From positions 7,192,001 through 7,256,000 of the forward strand of contig OZ176052.1 of the NCBI GenBank assembly GCA_964247055.1: a DNA stretch of 64,000 bases, written 5' to 3'. Source of the DNA: Paragordius varius. Lineage: Eukaryota > Animalia > Nematomorpha. The first letter of the stretch is position 1, and each line of letters starts with the position of its first letter. Made by a program: the position numbers and the translations under genes. Under the pieces are notes generated by a model, which was not told the origin of the DNA, did not search any database, and saw only the letters and a list, made by a program, of their open reading frames with translations. This document shows positions 37,601 through 49,200 of the stretch, one piece after another.

Positions 37601-40284
37601 GCCATTTAATTTTTACCAAATATTTCCGACCAAATGAATAATTTTTGATTACAAATTTTTGGCGAAATGATTTTGGTTCTTGTACAAATAATAACAAAAT
37701 ACAGAAATTTATACGCTGGTTTATTTAGACATTTATTCAAAAATAATCGTTTTAATTAAAAATAAAAAAATGTACTATGTGGAATTTGTTTTATAAAATT
37801 TAAATATACGAACAATTTAATTATTATGTAATTGTATAAAATCTCGTATTTTAACCATAATACTTTGAAATACAATAGTTTTTTAGTAATTTTTTTTCAA
37901 AATACTATTAATTTTAAAAGTGTAAAAATGACAATGACAATAACACGGGGTGCACCCCTTTGTACAATTGGTGAACCAATTGTCAGAGTACCGTGAGCTA
38001 TATAAGTATTTGGAAAAAACCTTTTAAAACTTTTTCTAATAAAATTTTTATGATTGCAAACGTTTATAAGCTTTTAAAAAATTAAGGCATATATGTTATT
38101 TTTTTCAAACAAGTTTAACACATGTTTTAATATTCAGGCAATAAAATGCACACAATTCTAAACGATCATCCCTTTGATACAATTATCATTATCGGATTAT
38201 TTTATGAAATTTTTACTTTTTAGATGCACCGCTTTTGAATGTTCAAAGTTACTGAAACACAATTACCTAATATTTTTAATACTCTACATGAATTGCGATT
38301 TGCTATTTAAAAAAATTCTCTAAAGCAAAAAATATTTTGCTGGAAAAAATTACCAATTTATAATTAATAATAATATTTGGTCTAATGTAAATTTATAATT
38401 TTGATAACAGATTTTATAAATTAAAACCTTTGTTACAGCTTCAGGGTAAAAACTAAATGTATGTGTATTCATTTCAAAGCAATTTGCTAGTCTGTCATAA
38501 GTAAAAGGTGTAAGACACATTGGATTAGATGATTTTTCTGGGAATAATTCAGCGTTGGTTGGGGTTATCTGCATAATAATAATAGTTGAACATTTACACG
38601 GCAAGGGTTACTTTTTCTAAATAAAAGCAATTAACATTTTAATGAGATGACTAATATATATTCTAACAATTTAAAGGAATCAAAATTTGTTTAAAAATAT
38701 TATGAGATTTCGTATTAAACAGTCAAATCGCGGATATTTGTATTTATTTGGGAGTTTGTGAATTTCACATGCTAAATACTTGAAGGATATGGCATGTGGG
38801 CGGCCTTTGAACACTTATGTTTTAACAATGATTACTGGAACATATTTTGCTTATATTTTTTGACATTATATACTCAAGATCCATTAATAAAAAGTTATTT
38901 TATAAATGAATTATTACTTATTGTTTTATGATTATAGAATCAATTGAGTTTCATAATTACCTAATTAACACATTGAATCATTAATTTTTATGGACATATT
39001 TCAAAATATATATTTTACACAATATGCGATGTCTATTCTTTGCTGGGATAAAGCTTTATATTTTAATAACTGGGGCAATTGATTCATTTACAACGTGTAT
39101 TTACTTCCAATTAGCTTTTTTAAACTTAACTATTGTGATACCCTGATTTTAAAAGGATTTAAGTTATTTTCTTAATATTTAAGCAAAATTTATATTAAAA
39201 TACACATACTAACCTAGTGCCCTCAAAATATCCTGATGAAATACATAAATTCTGGTTATAAAATGTATCATATCATGGTGCTTTTGGTTTTAGCCCTTAC
39301 GAGTGGTTTAAAAAAGTTATTAAGACTTTTATGGTAACTAATATGGGGGTGCGCACATTTTGTGAAATAATTTTTTTTGAAAGCCAAATGCTTTATTTAA
39401 AATTACTAAAATATGTTATAAACTACATAAAAAGCAAAAAATATTTTAAAATTTCAATTTTTAGATGTGGGGTCCGAAAGATCCAAATTTTTCCCCCCTT
39501 CTAAAATTAGTACTTTAAAATAAACGCTAATATGCCAAGATTGCGCGATATTACATATGCTAATTTTTGACATCAAAAAAGTTTTTTCCAAAAAAATCAA
39601 TAATTTTGCATGAAATTTATGGCAAAATTTTGTTAGGGCATACTTCATTCTATTATTAGGCATGATGGAAGCGGTATAAAAACGCCTTATAGGAACACTG
39701 TTTAAAATTATCCCATGATGCTGAACATTTATATCACCTTGGAATTTTGATTTAATTATTCAGTCTTATAATTAATCAAAAATTCACCCAAAAAGCAAAC
39801 GAGAACCTTACTGTGGTGATTAAAATGTTCAGTATCATCGAATTATATAGAAAACGTGTATTTAATTTTCACTAAAAAATATATTTTCAAACAAAATATG
39901 CATTTTTTCGAAAATAAATATTAATATCATAATCTACCACGTATTAAAAATTCTTTTCTGGCTTTTTTGCTTCTATTTTAAAAATCTAGCCTATTTTGGA
40001 TGGGGACAAAATTTAAAAATTTTGGTGCCCACATCTAAGATTGAAATTTTATAAAAATATTGTAAAGAACTATACTATATTTTAATAAATAAATAAATAT
40101 TTATATATAATGATATTTTTTGGGATGAAACATTTAGGCTTTACCAAAAAAAATAATTAGTACAGTGTGCGCATGCGATTTTTCGATATATATAGAGCAT
40201 TTACTACAATTGTTTATTTTCTTATATCAAACCAAAAGGCTCATGAGAATCCTAAGACATATCCTAAGACATTTATCTATCAGC

Positions 40285-40315
<31 letters not shown>

Positions 40316-41558
40316 CCAGATTTGTCTGCACTGTGTTAGATATGTTTTTATAAAACTTTAATAATACATTAAAACAAATATATTTAACGACCACCCTATC
40401 GCTATGCCCTGATTTTTGTCTAATTGCAAAATTTTCGCTAGTTTATTTCGTTATCAATCAAAATTTCATATTATTGTATATATATTATTTTCTATACGCA
40501 TAAGTAATTCAAATTTGTGCCTTCAGGTACAATCGCAAAAGTTCGATTATTTTTATTTTGTAAAATAAGGTATATGACGATTTTTCTAAATGGCCTAGGT
40601 CTTACCCCCAAATGCATTAAGTAAATGGACGATTGGTATTGATGTTATATTATTATAAACGGTGTTTTTAATTTCAGAATTTTGTGTCAATAAAAAAATG
40701 TCGGTGCATAAACACAAAAATGTTTTCCACCATGTATTCAGTATTTTTAATTTAATGCGTGCTAAAAATTGTAAAATTACCGTAACTATAGCGTTTCCTC
40801 CGTAATGGCTAAATGTAATAAAAATAAATGAGACAAATATATACTCAAAAACTCTATCAATATAATATGTGTTTGCAATGGATAATAAATTTGCCAAAGT
40901 TGAATGGACAAAATGACCAATTTATTTATCATCACTATCAGCCCTGAGGGTATAAAAAAGCTTTTAAGTAATTATCCTTAACATTTATAAAAAATGAAGA
41001 AGAAAGATGCCATAAATTGTATAATTTAATATCCTTACAAATGAGTAAAGAATACACCAGAAATTATGAATCAGTCAAATAATATTTTGAAATTCGCTAC
41101 AATTGGCTAAGTCAGTGTATTTCAAACGGATTCGGATTTTATCCTTTTAGGGTAAAACCAGTTCCGAAATTCCAGACAAAAAAGTACGGTTTTTTGTGCG
41201 GCTTAAACGATTCTATTATCTATATCTAATAAGTGCATGCGATTACCACATAAGCATACATGGTTTTAAACCCTACCATTTTAAACCAAACAAATATGAT
41301 TAAAGCATGACAAATATATATCATTGTTATATAAATTTTCTAATAAATAATAATAAAATATGATTACTAGGTGACCTAAAAAACAATATAAAACTTTTGG
41401 GGTTGGCTTTTAAATGTGTTTTAATAGAGTTAAGGGTTTAAAAAACCACTTTCATGATGGTATATTGACAGGCTTTTATTCATTTTACATGAATTACTTT
41501 TTGAAAAACCTGTTTAATATCATCACATCCCAAATTGGTACAAAAATAAACTCTTTTT

Positions 41559-41602
<44 letters not shown>

Positions 41603-43187
41603 AATGGTAATAGTTATAAACGGCCTTCTTCCAAAAAAGGTAATTGGATATGAAGGTGTCTAAAAGAAATTTTTAACATTAAACAATCAGTAATTAATTT
41701 TGCTGATAAATAAAAAAGTAAATTCTTTAAATTTAATATATCTGGCAAGCTTTGAGATATAGAAACATATAGTAAAGCAAATAAGAAATTAAGTGTAGTA
41801 AAATAATGCAGATTAATTCCTACAATTATAGTTCATATACAGTATAATTGAAATTTTTTTCGTTTAAAATTTAACATTTTCTGAATTTTTCTAAATAAAC
41901 CATTTTGGTGAAAATGTCACTATCTTTTTAACAAAGATTTCTGTTATTTGTAAAGAAATTAATACGTAAAAAAGATTTTAATGAATTGACTCCTAATTTG
42001 GCCACAGTTATAGAACTGAAAATAATAAAATGTATTACCGCACAGTTATGTGGTTAAATTGATTTAAAAGATGCTTATTTTAGAATTCGTAGATTATAGG
42101 AACTTTCAAAGGCTCTTTTAAGTTAACAAATATAACGTGGCAACAATAACGCGGTTTTTAGTTACTCCTAATGCACAAGCCTGAAATGATATTTTTTAGA
42201 TAGCATTTCAAATTGATCCTTAAAAATAAACAATTGGTTTTTAAAGGCATTTTAGTTCATCCGGTTATATTGGTGCTTGACCATTCTTCCGCCAATAATC
42301 GATTTATGTTTATATTATTTATCAATTTTATCAATTTAGTCTAATGGTTTTATCTAGCATATACCTTTTCATTCAAGATATATACATTTTTCTATTTAAC
42401 AACATTTTTTTACATCTTGAAATAGTTTAATATGAATTAGGTGTTGAACTAAAAAGATATAATAAAAAACTTATTAATACGACTAATAACTTTAACTATA
42501 AAAACCAAATTATATATACTATGTGAAAAATGCTGTTAAATTGAAGTTTGTTAATAAAACATTTTCAATTGCAAATATTTTATCAATATTTAAATAAATA
42601 TATTGAGTTAAAACAGGTAGACATAGAATAATTTAATAGATAGGAGTTATCACTTAACTATGTTAAAATGGCTTTGTTTAAAAACCATTTTTAAATTTTT
42701 AAGAATTATCTTGAGGTGTTTATGTATACCATTTTTATACAAAAGCTATATTTTTTAACCAAACGTAACATTTTTTCGAACAAACGCAGCATTTTTCGGT
42801 TGTCTTTGCTTGAAAAAATGTTGCGTTTGGTTGAAAAAATGCGGCGTTTGGTTGAAAAAATGTTGCTTTTGCTTAAAAAAATGTGGCGTTTGGTTGAAAA
42901 AATGTTGCTTTTGACTAAAAAATGGATACAAACTCAAGTTTGTTACCACAAGCGCAAATGGTATAGGTATTCTACAAAAAATACTCTTTAAATGCAAATA
43001 AATACCCGTCTCCCAAGTACTGTTGGACAATCTCATGAGGTGTTTTCGGCACGGATTCTTACATTAAAATAGCATAACAAACATATATAATATAAATTAA
43101 AATATTTTTCATTTATTAAACAAAAATACCTTGAGCCCTGGCATAAATAATGATTGAAATTAAAAAAGTTGCGTAGAGCGAAATCAT
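28604..43187 (-). CDS. Unknown secreted protein, tandem paralog 2, 334 aa; exons 43187-43130, 43057-43006, 38616-38592, 38568-38428, 37490-37310, 34660-34576, 33966-33807, 29643-29545, 28807-28604
   Basis: GT-AG, phase-compatible chain of 1005 nt. Signal-like MISLYATFLISIIIYARAQ. Exon 4 is 33/47 aa identical to paralog 3. The 25-nt exon 3 with its 23-nt intron is the least certain part. Confidence 0.83.
29193..29472. mobile_element. MITE family M6 (Tc1/pogo-like, decayed copy)
   Basis: gacaaaacgtaaaaatataaagac mirrors gtcttatatttttacgttttgtcc; homologous to 57565-57851 and 60253-60539. Confidence 0.7.
30508..32587 (-). mobile_element. hAT-Blackjack-type transposon copy 3 (2080 bp), TSD acaatatc/aaaatatc, in intron 7 of paralog 2
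   Basis: tagggtgaccaga ... tctggtcacctta; 7/8 TSD match; decayed transposase starting MSTRRGCKLTDDLRS at 32347. Confidence 0.92.
30680..32347 (-). pseudogene. Fragmented hAT transposase (Blackjack copy 3)
   Basis: Colinear with copy 2, with many stops and frameshifts. Confidence 0.85.
34825..34890 (-). ncRNA. Minimal type I hammerhead ribozyme motif (Penelope-like pLTR/retrozyme type) in intron 5 of paralog 2, sense to the pre-mRNA
   Basis: Minus strand: gtcaaatagttgtgtccta-CTGATGA-gtgc taacaa gcac-GAAA-CTAGTC|tgcgattactattgac. Intact core, 4-bp stem II, palindromic ACTAGT stem III, GUC cleavage triplet at 34841. Confidence 0.85.
35083..37016. mobile_element. hAT MITE (391 bp without its insert), 12-bp TIR CAGGGCTTCTTA, perfect TSD TTTTAGTA
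   Basis: ttttagta|cagggcttctta ... taagaagccctg|ttttagta. Confidence 0.9.
35254..36796 (+). mobile_element. Non-autonomous Helitron with ~240-bp internal inverted arms, nested in the hAT MITE
   Basis: A|TCTATATAATTATAAAA 5' end; gccacac-caaa-gcgtgac hairpin about 10 bp before CTAG|T; no TSD. Arms at ~35270-35505 and ~36415-36670. Confidence 0.82.
39214..40335. mobile_element. Foldback/MITE family M5, second copy
   Basis: Colinear with 19262-20805 (agcccttacgagtgg, tagatgtgggg); ends ...cactgtg|tta. Confidence 0.65.
40560..40960 (+). pseudogene. Decayed retroviral-type (DDE) integrase core fragment
   Basis: Plus frame KVYDDFSKWPRSYP resembles the integrase vD.FSKW..a.P motif, with a downstream NG-like motif; many stops. 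Confidence 0.35.
42729..42925. mobile_element. MITE family M3 (TA|CCATTTTT end, 21-bp units)
   Basis: ccatttttatacaaaagc mirrors gcttttgactaaaaaatgg; tandem gaaaaaatgttgcgtttggtt units at 42811-42915. Confidence 0.8.
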
Positions 43188-44417
43188 AAATAAAAAATAA
43201 AATTGGACAAGAATAAAAAAAATAAACTATTTATAAAATGATCATTGATAATTTAAAATTTAAGGACACTCAACAATATTTGTTTTATGTCAAAAAATTT
43301 CTTGGTTCCATAATTTTATCCAAAAAAGTCTAACCTTCAAACGTTTATTTATTTGAATCGCTTATTTTAGATTCTCTAATACCTTGAAGATTTATTTGGT
43401 GTTTATATAAGTTAGGTAAATATTATGATTGGAGTAAGGTTAAGGGCCTATTTTATAAGAAAATTGAAATAACTGAAACAATAAAACTATAAGTTATCTT
43501 ATGAAAGTTATTGATCAAATATTGTTTCTCGATTTGTTTTTTCTTTCATATTTTTTTAGGGTGTCAAGATAAAAATACCTTAACCTTGAATATCATATTT
43601 ATTATTTCTCAAAGAAGAAGGCCTATATTTTTTGAGCAAAGGATGTATAATTATTTTATATTCAACTCATAATATTATTTTTGATTATTCCCATTAACTA
43701 TAATACAATTTTTTTTAATATTTACTTTAAAATATTTAATTTTAAATTTCCTATCTTTCTTATTAAGACCTTCCTTTATAAACCGTAGAATATGGAGAAA
43801 TAATCCTTAAAATCTTATTATCTAATAAAATATTATATTATCAGCAATCGATTATTCTGTTTAAATTTACAAGCAGCCAAGATAGTAATTCGATTATATA
43901 TTTAAAAACTTTTTTTCATGTTAAATTTATATATCAAGTGTGTTGGATTTTGACCGGTAAAAAAGACTGGCCGTTATTATAAACAGTCATTATTATATTA
44001 ATAAATATATTGTAACCAAATTAAACGAAATTAAGTTAACCTTTCAAATCGTTTTTATAATGTATTAATAAAAATCATTAATTAAATACAATTTTACAAT
44101 TTTATACATTCTTTTTTTCGAATTTTAATAAACAGGTGTTTAAAGTTTTTAACTGATTAGCTTATGCGGCCAAAGTCACGGATTACGGGTCAAAATAAAC
44201 CCTTATAACATATACGGCACATTTTTTGACACGTATGTATATGTAAACAGTGACAATTTTTGTTAACTTCCATATTTGAAAATCTTAAATTCACTTTATT
44301 TGAATACATAATAACAAACATGGAAAAACACAATCCCTATCTTGTTAAAGTTTTTGCAAAACATTAGGCTTTTTTAAATTCAAACATTACGGCATAAGTC
44401 TTAAAAGATGCACAATA

Positions 44418-44821
44418 CATAATAATTTGCTATACATTCTTTGAAACTTAATGCTTCACAGCTACAATATAGAATATTAAAGAATAATGGGATGGTAGTT
44501 TCTAGAAATAAAAATCAAAATTTATGAACGATTTAAAAGCTATAAGTGAGCCCATATACAAATATTATGAATATTTCACGCAATTTATTAGTTTAAAATA
44601 TGGGCATTAAAAAGCATCATAATAATTTGCTATACATTCTTTGAAACTTAATGCTTCACAGCTACAATATATTATATTAAAGAATAATGGGATGGTAGTT
44701 TCTAGAAATAAAAATCAAAATTTATGAACGATTTAAAAGCTATAAGTGAGCCCATATACAAATATTATGAATATTTCACGCAATTTATTAGTTTAAAATA
44801 TGGGCATTAAAAAGCATCATA
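44418..44821. repeat. Tandem duplication of a 200-bp unit (2 mismatches)
   Basis: cataataatttgctatacattc starts at 44418 and at 44618; the copies differ only at aga/att. Confidence 0.95.
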
Positions 44822-46290
44822 GCGCTATTTTTATTGCTCTTATCTCCAATATTAACCATCGATCGACAAATATATATAATGCATATATTCGAAATTGTAT
44901 AAGAAAAAATAATTAGCAAGGATATTTTGATAAAGAGTGGGAAACTTATAAAAAGTGAGAGCACAAACTTAATTAAATTACATTTTTTTCTATTTAGTGC
45001 GTTACAATGATATTTTAAATATATAAAAATGCAAAAGCCAATGGCAGAAAATTATTTTGTTTTCTAATATTGTTAATGTAATATTAGGGTTGAATGAGCA
45101 CTTATCAAGGAATTTGGATTGTAGCTAGGAGCGTTTCTTAAAGCTGGTATATTATTATTTTAATGATTAAAACAGAGTGTGTGGGAAATTTGGGTTTTTT
45201 GGAACTCTACATATTTATGTAATAAACCGATCTAGCATAACAAATTTTTATGGCCATAATCTCTATATTTAGTCGGAATCAAGTTTTTGAGTTACATAGT
45301 AATTAAATGCAGATGAATCTGGTTTAATTCACTATCTTATATATATATATAATATATAAGATATATTATCTCATAGAAAAATAAGAAACCTTTAAATAAG
45401 TAGCGAAAAACAAAAATATTAATGTTATCAACCCATAGATAAATTTTGTTTCTTATCCATTTTTATCGTGTTGGCAATTCTCAGTTTTTTAGGGCCAATA
45501 GAGGTTTCTTTCAAAGATTAAAGTATATAAAACGAAAACCAGGGTGGTTACTGACGGTTAATATTAAAACTTGAGTTTACACATCTTACGCAACGGACTT
45601 TTGTATAGTTATGATAAAATGTTTTAATTATTTAAACTCATATATTTGGGATGCGTTGGCCTTTTAAAAATTTTATATTATTTTGATAATAATATATAAC
45701 TCAATACAATTCTTTTGGGAGTATACAACTTTATACCATTATTTAAAAAAATTATCTAACTTAGTTTCCTATTCAAACAAAAATACTCACAACAGAAAAC
45801 CTTAATTAATTTTCAATTAGAATATCTGAAATCCCTATTGTAATAATCTATGAATAATCTCTGTAGCTTTTATTAATTCACTTTTTATTTTTTAATATTT
45901 GCTCTTAGTATGGCTGTTAAATTTAATTATAGAATCAATACATATTGATTAATTGGTTATGATTCCTTTGATACTAAATAATGATAAAAAACTATGTAGC
46001 TTATGGCACAAATCCAAAAATGAATCTAATATCATTTATTTTAAAAGAAATTTACCATGCTCTCATTTTAAAGTGGAGGTTTTTAGTCAGCCTCAAATAT
46101 ATATAATTTAAGTCATACTATAGTTGACTATGTAATATATAATATGGGTATACCAAGTTTTCTATATTGTAACTCTTCATTAATTAATTTATTTATTGAA
46201 TTGGACATATATATAGTCAATAAAAATTGAAGCGCAATCATTTTTAACCCCATTCGATTTAAATAAAATGGCGTTTCCTTATTATTGTTC

Positions 46291-49200
46291 TTATTTACAT
46301 GATATTAATGGTTTTCGATTATAAACATAAACTGGCTCAAATTGGGCTGCCGACCGATCATCATTTCTGTTGATCCATTCTTCATATTCAGTTACGATGT
46401 AAGATTCATAAACTTTGACTTCGGTTGTGTCATTTTTTCCTGTGATGGTTAATTCAACTCCATCTTTAGATTGTTTAACCAAAATCTATTAAAGGTATAT
46501 GAGATATTAAAATAAAGTCTAAAAATATATAAGTTTTGAAAATTTATCCGCTTATATATATTTTTTTATAATATCCATAATATTGAATAATAATTAGAGT
46601 TTTTAGTTAAAAATGTACTTGTTTATAGTCTTTGGTATCAAATGTTTCGTATTCAGACATGTTAAAAATATTGCTAATTTTGAGATCGTTGTAAAGACCG
46701 GATGCATCAAAAGACACCTAATTGATAATAACTTATATGTCATGGGTTATGGGAATAAATAAGTTATCAAGTTTTATTTATTACCAAATTTAGAAAATAC
46801 ACGTGATATAAATTACATGTTAGCATTGTAAGAAGGATCGGAAATCACTTTTACAATTAAAATACACATTCCTCATTAAAACCTAGATAAACCCAGGTCT
46901 AAGAATTATAATTTAAATTTATATTGGCTTTTTAACAATCAATAACAAGAAACTAGAGTTTAGTATCCAAGTATTGGGATAATGTTACAAACGCAGCTAA
47001 CAAATCCGAAAATGGCTTACGTTGTATTTAAACAACCATAAACAGCTCTATTTACAGAATATTTATTATTTATTTTTTTACCAATGAATGTATTTGGCTA
47101 AAAAATGCAAATACAGTTAGACATTTGTTCTGATTTTTATTGTGATTTGATATTTTTACATCTTTTTGTCCAAAATAAACTTTTTGATTTTCTTGTTAAC
47201 GCCACCATTTTGTAACTATATATAAAAAAATGATTCTGTTGAAACAATTATTTTATATGCACGTTTAAAAAAATAAATTGCTGAAATTGTTTCAAAGGAT
47301 AATCGTTTTTTTATAAAAATATGATGAATGTTATCAACTATATTAAAAATTTAAATATTATTTTTGTCATATAATGAGTCATCAATAATTTTTTTTAAAA
47401 TATTTGGTGTTTTAAGGTTTTTAATAATGAAATTAAAATATTATAATATTTATGCTATAATTGAAAATTTTCCTCACATTAGCACCGTAATTTTTAATAT
47501 ATTTAATTTTTTCGGTTTTGTGTAAATTAATTAGAATTTATCAAGCATACTTTTGAATGATAACTAAATTCTATTATATCGATGAATAATGATAACACAT
47601 TAACATACTTATTGAAAATTAATCAAGCTTATTATGGTAATTTATAAATGCAAATATACGTCTTTTATGCATAACTATTGTAAAATGTTTAACCTCTTTA
47701 GTATCCACAACGACATCCTCTTTACTTCTAAAGTCTGTGGCCTCTAAATACAAATTGTGGACAACCAAAACACCTTCCATAGGAGATGCAAAATAATGTG
47801 ACACTACACCCTCATAAACTGTATCATTGGTTTTGATTAAGTGTAAATCGCTAAATGGCATAATAAAAATTTTAACATATTATTGCCAATTACAGATCTT
47901 GTGCTAACAATTGTTAAACTCTGTTAAATAACGTTTTAAACAAAATAAATATTGAAACTAAATTAATATTGAAAATACAAAGTGATGTGTGAATCTCTTA
48001 GTCAATAGTAATCGCAGACTAGTTTCGTGCGTGTTAGCACTCATAAGTACGACACAACTATTTGGCTTGGGGTTTTGAATGGAAAAGTCTTTTATTATTA
48101 TCGATTAAAAATTTTAACCGAAAATTGTTTATGTTCAACTAATATATTACAGCTCCTCATCATTTAGAAAAAAATTTAATTTACGAAGATGGTTTAAAAT
48201 TTTAACATTGAGCGACGATTCTCATGAATCTGTATTATATAATTACATTTTTAAAAATCTTTATTTGCAAAATTTTACCATTTAAAACAGGGGCATCCAA
48301 ATGGGTTCACGGGCCGCATTTTCGGATCAAAAAAAGTGGCGGGCTGCGTTCGCAAAATATATGGGCAATAACAAATATTTTATTAGATTTAAACATAAGA
48401 TTGTAAAATCTACTATTTATTTCATCATTTTTTGGTTATTTCATGGCCAAAATTCAAAAAAATTTATTAAAAATTTGCTCTAGTAAATGATTCTACTGAT
48501 ATTTTGCTAAAATTTTGTATCTGAAATTTCTCGCGGGTCGCAAAAATATTTTGGAGGGCCGCATGTTGGACATTCCTGATTTAAATAGTATGATGCGTTA
48601 GCTGATTTTAAAATCCTTTCACTTTAATTAGTGTATTTTCGAGAATTCGTTCTGAATCGCTTTCAATTAACCGAAGCAAATTTAGTTACTTAAACATGCA
48701 TTAAACAATAAGAAAGTGATCAATGATTATAAATCGGAAAACAATTATTTCATATTAGAATTATTTTGCCAAGGTTTTTAACATATACAATTCGAAAAAA
48801 TAGAGAATATTTATACCTGTATAAAACGCCCTTATCATAAATATTATAGGTTGCTGATTCATGCAAAAAGGCGCAGATATCTTTGATGTCATAATATTCA
48901 TCTATTATAGAACGCATTTATTAGAAAAAGATTATATATTTGGTGTAAAATTGTTGAAAGCAATATAGGTACAAATTAATGGCATGCGATCTATAAAAAT
49001 ATAATTATTAAATTTATAAATTCCGAAGATTTTATCATGTGAAAATGTATGTGTAAATGTAGGTTTTAATTTGTTTATGTGGTAATTAATTGTATTGTAA
49101 AAATTATATATAGTTATAGTACTAAAAACCGGATAGAAGGTACTTATAAACCAGGGGACAAATGACTTCGTGGGCCGCCTCTCCGATCAAAAAATCCACG

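Noticed and set aside
40595-40897. 100-aa minus-strand ORF as an exon of paralog 2
   Set aside because: No counterpart in the other paralogs and the phases do not fit; it is better explained as antisense to an integrase relic.
47660-47693. Extension of paralog 3 exon 7 to the gtatat donor at 47659
   Set aside because: Wrong phase; the donor after DTKE matches both paralogs.
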